Assembly (NCBI GenBank): GCA_963745235.1
Contig: CAVUXE010000103.1
Coordinates: 1-14,167 of the forward strand
Direction of reading: 5' to 3'
Source: an uncultured Spirochaetota bacterium
GTDB lineage: Bacteria > Spirochaetota > Spirochaetia > SZUA-6 > Fen-1364
Length of the DNA stretch: 14,167 bases
Shown: one piece after another, positions 7,445-14,167 of the stretch
Layout of the letters: each line of letters begins with the position of its first letter
Position numbering within the stretch: the first letter of the stretch is position 1
The notes under the pieces: generated by a model
Database searches by the model: none
Told to the model about the DNA's origin: nothing
Seen by the model: the letters and a program-made list of their open reading frames with translations, nothing else
Made by a program: the position numbers and the translations under genes

Positions 7445-8128
7445 ATGGGGAAGGATTACGATGCAACAGGCCTGATTTACTTCAACGCTCGCTATTATGA
7501 CCCCACCACCGGCCGCTTCCTCACCGAGGACCCCTCCCGGAAGGGGGTCAACTGGTACGCGTACTGCGGGAATAACCCCATTAACAAGGTGGACAGGACG
7601 GGCCGGCAAGAGGAAAGCTTGGCAGATGTAAACTGGAGACCCGGTGCAGATATCGCGCGTGATCCCAGCTTTCCGACCGGTCCCTCAAATGCACCAGAGA
7701 TAAACCTCCCAAGCGGCTCTCGATACCATCCCGAACAGGACCAGGGTGAAGGCAGCTGGGGAGTATGGGCAAGTGTGCCTCAGCAGGCATACTGGGATAT
7801 CAAGGGCCAGCCCAATCCGCTCGTCGAGAGGTTGTACCCGAAGGAGCCAACATTTTCGCGGAACTACGACCCTTGGGGGGATTTGGGACGCTCGATTTCG
7901 AAGCTGGCGACGAATGCTTGGGCCCTGGTGTCCAGTCTGTTCAACAGACCTGATGCGAGTGGCCCCACCCCGTCGCGATCACCGGGTCCAAGCGTACCGG
8001 CCTCGAACGTGTCGCCTGAAAATCGGCAAGGAGGTCCGGGCAACAACGCCCCCTCCGGCGCAGCAGTCGCCAGAGAACTGGTACCACTAGGGCTGCAACA
8101 ACCTCAATCGAAGGTGATCAGAAGGTGA
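7445..8128 (+). CDS. Orphan RHS repeat-associated core tip with uncharacterised C-terminal extension
   Basis: GKDYDATGLIYFNARYYDPTTGRFLTEDP...NWYAYCGNNPINKVDRTG is the RHS core signature ending in PxxxxDxxG; AGGAG RBS before ATG 7445; no RHS repeats upstream. Confidence 0.8.
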   Translation: MGKDYDATGLIYFNARYYDPTTGRFLTEDPSRKGVNWYAYCGNNPINKVDRTGRQEESLADVNWRPGADIARDPSFPTGPSNAPEINLPSGSRYHPEQDQGEGSWGVWASVPQQAYWDIKGQPNPLVERLYPKEPTFSRNYDPWGDLGRSISKLATNAWALVSSLFNRPDASGPTPSRSPGPSVPASNVSPENRQGGPGNNAPSGAAVARELVPLGLQQPQSKVIRR

Positions 8129-9006
8129 GTGTCCGCGCGCTAATCCTGCTTCCCACGATCTTTCTTGTGGTGGCTTGCACGTCGCGAGAGGCCACAGCCT
8201 ATCTCCGGCACGCCAACGACTTAGCCAACAAAGGTGACTACGAGCAGGCGATCCTCGACTACAACAAGGCCATCGAACTGAGTCCAAGGATGTCGGGAGC
8301 ATACACGGGCCGCGGCCTCGCCTGGTACTACAAAGGTGACCTCGACAAGGCCGCCGCGGACTACAGTCGCGCCATTGAGATCAATCCAAAGAGTGGTGCC
8401 GCCTACCACGACCGGGCGATAGTTCTCGACACAGAAGGCGACTCAAGAAAAGCGATCGAGGACTACAACAGAGCCATCGAGTTCGAACCTAGAAATGCGA
8501 GCACATATGTTGACCGCGCAACCGCTTGGCGGCACCTCGGAGAGACCGAGAAGGCTATGGTTGACTGCAACAGGGCCATTGAATTGGACTCAAACTTTGC
8601 CGACGCCTATTTCATTCGTGGACTCCTTTGGATCTCCGAAGACAATAACCGGAAGGCGATTGAGGACTTGGACAAAGCGATCTCGCTTAACCCCGGAGAT
8701 GCGGATGCGCATACAGCGCGAGGCGCCGCGTGGCAACGCGCAGGAGACCTTGACAAGGCTATCGCCGACTACACCAAGGCAATCGAACTCGACCCGAGTC
8801 ACGCTTCTGTGGCTTTTTACGACCGTGGTCTGGTGTGGGAAAGCAAAGGCGACCAACACAATGCACTTGCCGACTTCGACAAGGCAATTGAGTTGAATCC
8901 CCGATACGTTCAGGCATACGTTAGCCGGGCCGATATTTGGAAGAAACTTGGCAACTCAGAAAAGGCAGGAGCCGATAGAGCCAAAGCCGCGGAGCTCGCG
9001 CACTAG
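8125..9006 (+). CDS. Tetratricopeptide-repeat lipoprotein
   Basis: Signal peptide with lipobox-like VVAC; about 8 TPRs (AY..RG.A....GD..KAI.DY.KAIEL.P); GTG start overlaps the RHS stop (GTGA). Confidence 0.9.
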   Translation: MSVRALILLPTIFLVVACTSREATAYLRHANDLANKGDYEQAILDYNKAIELSPRMSGAYTGRGLAWYYKGDLDKAAADYSRAIEINPKSGAAYHDRAIVLDTEGDSRKAIEDYNRAIEFEPRNASTYVDRATAWRHLGETEKAMVDCNRAIELDSNFADAYFIRGLLWISEDNNRKAIEDLDKAISLNPGDADAHTARGAAWQRAGDLDKAIADYTKAIELDPSHASVAFYDRGLVWESKGDQHNALADFDKAIELNPRYVQAYVSRADIWKKLGNSEKAGADRAKAAELAH

Positions 9007-9076
9007 ACGAACGCGCTCAGAGCGGTTTCGGTCGTTCCTGACGCTGTTCTGTGTACCGGATGACGCTACGGGCTAC

Positions 9077-9651
9077 CCTCGCCCCCCCGCCGCTCCCCCT
9101 CCCTGGAACCCACCCCCTCGGCTTCCCCCCTGTTAAGGTACCCTTGGTCGTCCAGGGAGGGGGACGCTCATGGGGGGGCTCGGCTTCCTACCGCTCCTCG
9201 CCGCGCTCGGCATCCCTGCCTCGCTGGGAGCTCGTCGCTTCGGAAGGCCCTGCGCTATGGTGGTGACGGTTGGGTGCGGCAGCGTCCAGCATGCCGAGAG
9301 GGCCGACCGTAGGCGGTTTGCTGATCGTGACCGACGCGGCGTTCGTCGGCGGGCAACGGCTGGAGCTGGCCGAGCGCGTCGCTGACCGCTGGAATCGACC
9401 CCGCGCCGAAGGCACCGTCGCGATCGGCAGCCGCCGCACGCAGATGCGGCCGCCCCTGACGGTGCGAGACAGAGCGGAGGGCTTTCTGTAGCGCTGGAGC
9501 GAGGCGCCAAGGACGGCGCCGAGTGGAGGCGCGTACAGAAACCGCGGCCCCCCTAAGAGTCTCCCCCTCCCAGACGACCAGAGGGTTCCATATCCGGGGG
9601 GTGTGCAGAGCGGGTGGGACGGGGAGGGCGGAGACGGCAGGGGGGTGAGGG
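9077..9651. repeat. Long imperfect inverted repeat (~575-nt fold-back)
   Basis: Arms pair in near-constant register (coordinate sums 18725-18730): 9077/9651 CCCTC..GAGGG, 9145-9152 TGGTCGTC with 9573-9580 GACGACCA, 9247-9256 with 9473-9482, 9302-9309 with 9421-9428. Confidence 0.8.
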
Positions 9652-9664
9652 AAGGCCGACGCGC

Positions 9665-9705
9665 AAGACGGCCCGCGCGGAGCCCTTCCGGGCGGGGTCT
9701 TTTTT
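9665..9705 (+). terminator. Intrinsic terminator
   Basis: AAGAC..CCCGC.CGGA-gccct-TCCG.GCGGG-GTCTT stem running into a T6 tract. Confidence 0.65.
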
Positions 9706-9950
9706 CCGAATAAGATTGTATTATTTCGACACGTTGAAACGGGGGATGAGCCGAAGGGAAGGCGGCGTACCCGCCCTTAATCAGCCGTCGAACACGCCGC
9801 CGACGCGAATCTCCAAAAATCCTACGCTCGCCCTGGCCCGTGGTGCCATCAGCAAGAGGGCTCGCCGTGTCATTCTACCCAGGAGAAGAGCGCCGTTACC
9901 GACAAGTTGATATTGTTCGTAAAAGCCCGAAGATCGCCGGGGCAAGAGAG

Positions 9951-10068
9951 GGCACGGAGGCATGGTCGCGCGCCCAAGCGCTCCATGCTGAGGATCTCCC
10001 GCGCGGGTTGATCATTGCTTACCTGAAACTAACCCCAGCGCTGACTTATCGCCACCGGACTCCGTGCC
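9951..10068. ncRNA. Structured motif of unknown family, copy 1
   Basis: Closed by GGCACGGAG/CTCCGTGCC; inner GCATGG/CCATGC stem; blocks TGAnGATCTCCCGCGC and CCAGCGCTGACTTAyCGCCACCGGA shared with copy 2. Confidence 0.5.
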
Positions 10069-10131
10069 ACGAAGGAAAACGCTGCCACACGAAAAGAACG
10101 CCGGCAAGTGAAAGCGGCGTCTGATCGAGAG

Positions 10132-10335
10132 TCATGCTTCGTCGTGCTCAGGGATGTCAGTAAGGTCCTCAAGCCCTTCCTCGTCATCGATCACGCCATC
10201 TATCATGCTGCAAAAGCCCGCCGCTCCATCCCTCACGTTATGCAACACGGCGATCTCGGTGTCGTTGGAATCCACCAGATCAACCACCGATGATAGAATG
10301 TTGCGAACGATTCTTAACAGGTCCTGTTCCTTCAT
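10132..10335 (-). CDS. Small acidic hypothetical protein (67 aa)
   Basis: AAGGGGGGTG RBS-like sequence before ATG 10335; MKEQDLLRIVRNILSSVVDLVD... amphipathic helices with D/E-rich tail. Confidence 0.55.
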   Translation of the reverse strand: MKEQDLLRIVRNILSSVVDLVDSNDTEIAVLHNVRDGAAGFCSMIDGVIDDEEGLEDLTDIPEHDEA

Positions 10336-10360
10336 TACACCCCCCTTCGTGTTTCCGTCC

Positions 10361-10591
10361 CTATGGGGCAAGTCCTTGCTCGATCATTCTCTCCGCCCAA
10401 AGTCGGGCACCAGTTTTCGCTGCCTCCTTCGTTGGATAGACACTCGGCTCTCCCCGCAGTTGGAGGTGCTTTGTTTTTTGGTGACTGGGTTCGTCGGGCA
10501 AGAAGGTCCCGCCGCTGAACGTCCACCCGTTGCCGTCGAGTGTCTGTAGCACGTCAATTTCAACGAGGATGCCTCGGATTTTGAACTCCAT
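10361..10591 (-). CDS. Small hypothetical protein (76 aa)
   Basis: MEFKIRGILVEIDVLQ...W.F...YPTKEAAKTGARLWAERMIE: beta strands plus C-terminal helix, plausible as a real small protein; co-oriented with the next ORF. Confidence 0.5.
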   Translation of the reverse strand: MEFKIRGILVEIDVLQTLDGNGWTFSGGTFLPDEPSHQKTKHLQLRGEPSVYPTKEAAKTGARLWAERMIEQGLAP

Positions 10592-10761
10592 GTTGGACCG
10601 ATAGTGAGCCCTTCGCGAGCCGTGGCGCAAGGGTGCCCGGGCGGTCTGTTGTGTTTTCGAGCGATGACCGTAGTAAGCTTCTGACTAAGCTTTCATCATG
10701 GGATTGTCGCCCCCGGTTCAACCTCCTTTCCGGGGGCGATTTCTTAGGCTCCAAAGAGAGA

Positions 10762-10871
10762 GGCACGGAGGCATGGCTGTACCCCATGAAGGTTTTTCCA
10801 TGCTGACGATCTCCCGCGCTGATCAACGTAACCAACTCCAGCGCTGACTTACCGCCACCGGACTCCGTGCC
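10762..10871. ncRNA. Structured motif of unknown family, copy 2
   Basis: Same closing stem, inner stem and conserved blocks as 9951-10068, with different loop sequences and lengths. Confidence 0.5.
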
Positions 10872-11091
10872 TGATAAGGTCCATCAGAAGATCGGTCTCC
10901 AACAGAACGCCCGGCAAGCGAGGTCAGAAGCCCCTTGTGAGAGTTCTTTAAGTCTCGGGGTACACCGTAAATGTCATTTCGCTTCACGGGATTCTTGAGG
11001 CGGGAGTTCTCGCGTTTATCGCCGATGTCAGAGCTGCTATGCTACGCCGACTTGGTATATAACAGGTAGAGTATGCACCGGGGGGTGTCGT

Positions 11092-11670
11092 TTGGCCACC
11101 TTCTACGTGAAGCCTTTGGACGAAAGCACATGGTCCGACTTCGCGCGCCTGGTCGAGAAGCACAACGGCGTATGGGGCGGATGTTGGTGCATGGCCTTCC
11201 ACTCGGAGGGGGTGGGCCGGTCCAAGACCGTATCCCAGAATCGATCCGAAAAGGAACGTCGAGTGCGTGAACATCGAGCTCACGCCGCCCTCGTGTACGA
11301 CGGCCCGAACTCTGTGGGCTGGTGTCAATTCGGACCAACCGAGGAGCTTCCACGCATCAAGAACAAACAGGCATATTTGGAGGGCCTTAGCGAAAGTCCG
11401 GATTGGAGGATCACCTGCTTTTTCGTTGACCACGACTATCGGCGCAAGGGAGTGGCTTCGGTCGCACTGAGGGGAGCTTTGCAGGAGATCGCCCAGCTTG
11501 GTGGAGGAACGGTTGAAAGCTATCCCCAGGAGGTCGACGGCCGAGCGGTGTCAGGGTCGTTTCTTCACAACGGAACGGTATCGATGTTTGAGCGGCAAGG
11601 ATTCCGGCGCATCCGTCGTCTTGGCAAGAACCATTGGGTAGTCTCCAAGGCGGTGCGGAAGTCACAGTAA
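11092..11670 (+). CDS. GNAT-family N-acetyltransferase
   Basis: GCWCM motif, VGWCQFGP, acetyl-CoA motif CFFVDHDYRRKGVA, VESYP, GTVSMFERQGF; TTG start after a G-rich RBS. Confidence 0.9.
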   Translation: MATFYVKPLDESTWSDFARLVEKHNGVWGGCWCMAFHSEGVGRSKTVSQNRSEKERRVREHRAHAALVYDGPNSVGWCQFGPTEELPRIKNKQAYLEGLSESPDWRITCFFVDHDYRRKGVASVALRGALQEIAQLGGGTVESYPQEVDGRAVSGSFLHNGTVSMFERQGFRRIRRLGKNHWVVSKAVRKSQ

Positions 11671-11707
11671 TAGAAGCGGCAAATCGGTCTTGAGAATCCG
11701 ATGAAGC

Positions 11708-11899
11708 TCAAGTGGCGAGGGTTCTCCTTCCCGCGAAATCTGCGTAGGCTTTCAAAGAGTAGACGTCGGCATATCCTTTCGCTAAAGCGATCTCACCGAA
11801 TGTTCGCTTGTCGCCAGCGGCCTGAGCTCGCAGAACCTCCGCGATTTTCTCGGAGGTCATTACACCGATTCTCAAGAGGAAATCCCCTATCCGTTCCAT
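11708..11899 (-). CDS. Stand-alone MshEN-like domain protein (putative c-di-GMP binder)
   Basis: RIGDFLLRIGVMTSEKIAEVLRAQ matches RLGxxLLxxGLVxxxxLxxxLxxQ, followed by a degenerate second repeat TFGEIALAKGY; GGAGG RBS. Confidence 0.7.
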   Translation of the reverse strand: MERIGDFLLRIGVMTSEKIAEVLRAQAAGDKRTFGEIALAKGYADVYSLKAYADFAGRRTLAT

Positions 11900-11990
11900 T
11901 CATCCCTCCGGGAAGTATGTACGCTTGCATGTTCCATTTCGGATTGGACAAGCAAGCTCCAGGTGACCATTTTACCTCGCCTCCCTCCAT

Positions 11991-12018
11991 AGTACACATA
12001 ACATGGATTATGTGATAT
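11991..12018 (+). other. dif-like tyrosine recombinase site
   Basis: AGTACACATAA-CATGGA-TTATGTGATAT: 11-6-11 layout resembling E. coli dif GGTGCGCATAA-TGTATA-TTATGTTAAAT; 12 nt upstream of the recombinase ATG. Confidence 0.75.
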
Positions 12019-12030
12019 TTTGCCCCCGCA

Positions 12031-12870
12031 ATGGCTACCACGCCCGCCAGGCGGCCCGACCTTGCTTCAGCTTTGTTGGAGGTCAAGGCTCGCGGAGAAC
12101 TCACCACTCAGGCCTACCGGCACGCGCTGGAAGCGTTTCTGGAAAGCGGCCAAGCGGTGACCGTGGAAGGTTTCGCCCAGTACATCCACGAACTGCGCCG
12201 GACTCGGGCCGCGAGCACCGTCAACCAGGCCCTGGCCGCCGGCAGAAAAGCTTTCCTCCAGGCCGCCGAGCGCCTGGGCATGCCCGCGAAAGAGATCTCT
12301 CTCATCCGCGGAGCCCTGGCCGACATCCCCTCAGTGAAGAAAGGACCGCCGGAGGTCGCGGTGGTCTCACCCGCTGAGCGTTCGACGCTCCTTGCCGCGC
12401 TGCCCCTACGAATGCGCCTGGTTGCCGAGACGCTCTACGTCACCGGCGCCCGCGTCTCGGAGGTCCTGGGGGTGAGGCGCGACCAGATAAAGGTGAACGG
12501 CGCCAACGGCACCGTGGAGCTCAGGCTCTACGGCAAGGGCGGCAAGGAACGCACTGCGCGGATTCCCGCGGAGCTTTACAAACGGATCCTCGAGGTCTAC
12601 CCCAGGGGGACGTACTTGTTTGAGAGTAGCCACAAGAAGCACTTCAGGCGGGAGTATGTATCGAGGGAGATCGCACGGGCGGCCAGGCGGGTCCTGGGAA
12701 GGAGAATCTCGGCGCACGTGCTTCGCCACTCGCGGGCGACAGATCTGCTGGCGAACACGCATCGCATAAAGGCGGTCTCAAGGCTCCTTGGGCATAGCGA
12801 CGAAGCGACAACGCTACGGTATTATGTGCACGACGCCTTTAGCGACGAGGAGCTCTTTGGGGGGAGGTGA
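12031..12870 (+). CDS. Tyrosine recombinase (Xer/phage integrase family)
   Basis: Catalytic residues R (TGARVSE), K (GKGGKER), HxxR (HVLRHS), LGH and Y (TLRYYVH); 279 aa with no arm-binding domain. Confidence 0.93.
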   Translation: MATTPARRPDLASALLEVKARGELTTQAYRHALEAFLESGQAVTVEGFAQYIHELRRTRAASTVNQALAAGRKAFLQAAERLGMPAKEISLIRGALADIPSVKKGPPEVAVVSPAERSTLLAALPLRMRLVAETLYVTGARVSEVLGVRRDQIKVNGANGTVELRLYGKGGKERTARIPAELYKRILEVYPRGTYLFESSHKKHFRREYVSREIARAARRVLGRRISAHVLRHSRATDLLANTHRIKAVSRLLGHSDEATTLRYYVHDAFSDEELFGGR

Positions 12871-12876
12871 CTCGCC

Positions 12877-13050
12877 ATGGAAAACGTTCCGCCTTTCAAC
12901 GAGCAACAACTCACGTCCATCGCCAAAATCCTCGCTGAGTCCTATGGAGGCCTGACTGGATCAGAAATTAGCTTCCTGCTCAAACAAGTCGGAATGCCAG
13001 CACGTTTTGGAGTAATTATTAAGCCGCCCCGCCGGCACGAAGCCACGTAG
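12877..13050 (+). pseudogene. Truncated N-terminus resembling TIGR02391-family proteins
   Basis: Below the ORF-track cutoff. GGAGGTG RBS, then MENVPPFNEQQLTSIAKILAESYGGLTGSEISFLLKQVGMP; resemblance is lost near 13000 and a stop follows at 13050. Family recalled from the GLTGSEI..LL motif. Confidence 0.5.
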
Positions 13051-13105
13051 CAGCCGCGTTTACAATTCCACTGTCCACTAGAAGCCGGACGTTAAGGGGT
13101 CAGCT

Positions 13106-13956
13106 TCAACGACTTGTCAGATCCCGGCTTTCCGGCCCAACCGGTGACGCGCCGATAGACAAGGCTGCGCCGATTGCAGTGGAGAATTCAGCGTCCGACG
13201 GGAATACGAACTCCGTGTGATAGATTGCAGCCACCTCGGCCAGGATAGTCCTCCCAAGCGCACTCGTGCTTCCTTTGCCGGTAAATAGCACCATGTCTCG
13301 CCGTTGGCAGCGTGCGGCAAAGACCGACAGCACACCAATAGCTTGGTATACCATATTAAGGACTCCGGCCGCCAGGTCCTCCCTACGGATTGAATCATCC
13401 ATCTTGCCGAAATTGCATGCGGTGATCTTTCTAGTGAGAAAACCCATGTCTGTCCCAAGGATGTCCCCTATCAACAGATCTACCTTTGTGGTGTCGCCGT
13501 TAGACGCCAGTTCCGTGACATAGCGGAAGTCGACGGTGCCCAGCAGCGCCTTGGACAGACCGATTACGGTTCCTCCCCCGATCCCGGTGCCGCCCAGATG
13601 TGTCATCACGCCGTTTCGAGCCTCGACTATTGCGGTGCCTGTCCCAATGTTCGTGATGATTACCTCGTTCGATGCAGACAGATAGACACCTCCGTTGCCT
13701 ATGGCAGAAACCTCGTCCACTCGAGCAGTTGGTATGTCAAAGATGTTCTTCTCGATTCTGGAAGATCCACACCGGTGATTGAGATCCGCTCGATGTCTTT
13801 GATCTTCAAGGCACTCTCGGCTGTGAGCCTGCCCAAGCTACCGCTGGCCGCGGTCAATGGGTCAGTAGCCCTCATTGTCGCCTTCAGCAGCACTCCGCTT
13901 GGAAGAATGGCCACCGCTTTTGTGGTTGTGCTACCGACGTCAATTCCTACTGTCAT
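13106..13956 (-). CDS. Type II pantothenate kinase-like ASKHA kinase with one base missing near 13767
   Basis: GIDVGSTTTK, ITGVG (after adding one G: ITGVGSSRIEKNIFDIPTARVDEVSAIG), NIGTGT, GGTGIGGGT..GL, GD...VDL.IGDI, NFGK, AIGAAL; ~283 aa when joined. Confidence 0.8.
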
Positions 13957-13971
13957 TTGAACACTCCATAG

Positions 13972-14167
13972 TCAGTACCAGCGAAATAACAAGTCGTAGT
14001 TCAGTTCTTCCATCAGAAGCCGTTCGCTGCGGATGGAGTACAACACTTGGAGTAACAAGGCTCGAATGAGGTTTTCCGGATGAATCGAGGCGCGGCCTAT
14101 CGGCGAGTACAATTTGGTGAATTCTGCTGACAGTTCCTTCAAACCACGATTTGCCATTTCCTTGATG
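13972..14167 (-). mobile_element. Truncated IS5/IS1182-like transposase N-terminal fragment (DUF772-type)
   Basis: LYSPIGRASIHPENLIRALLLQVLYSIRSERLLMEELNYDLLFRWY*; stops before the DDE domain; the frame is open to the window edge. Confidence 0.85.

Noticed and set aside
9051-9963. Several 60-125 aa ORFs across the GC-rich fold-back region
   Set aside because: Low-complexity R/P/A/G translations on both strands with no recognisable motif; expected by chance at this GC content.
9951-10871. Hammerhead ribozyme call for the duplicated motif (CTGAGGA/CTGACGA follows a stem on the plus strand)
   Set aside because: The topology resembles type III, but the NUH cleavage triplet is absent and GGA replaces GAAA before the closing stem in both copies; not supportable as a canonical hammerhead.
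9951-10871. CRISPR array or IS terminal repeats
   Set aside because: Only two long direct copies about 810 bp apart, no regular spacers, no cas or transposase gene between them.
12998-13025. IS terminal inverted repeat at the truncation point (CAGCACGTTTTGGAGTAATT)
   Set aside because: No matching partner repeat or target duplication found in the window, and I cannot assign it to an IS family.

Overview
Accessory, plasmid-like mobilizable element. From left to right it carries: two divergent type II toxin-antitoxin operons with their own promoters and palindromic operators; a type Ib-like partition pair (ParA plus a small ribbon-helix-helix protein); an Mrr type IV restriction endonuclease; a phage-type HTH replication initiator with intragenic iterons and a candidate upstream antisense RNA; a MOBQ mobilization module (divergent accessory gene, R1162-like oriT, MobA/MobL relaxase, overlapping membrane protein); an orphan RHS C-terminal gene coupled to a TPR lipoprotein; a GNAT; a stand-alone MshEN-like protein; and a tyrosine recombinase with a dif-like site just upstream. 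The right end has a truncated TIGR02391-like gene start, a type II pantothenate kinase and a truncated IS5/IS1182-like transposase. The least explained part is non-coding (9.0-10.9 kb): a ~575-nt imperfect fold-back followed by a terminator, and two copies of a ~110-118-nt structured motif flanking two small ORFs. Several single-base frameshifts at short G/C runs (parA, mrr, panK, possibly higB) may be sequencing errors. All family calls come from motif recognition by eye; no database searches were run.
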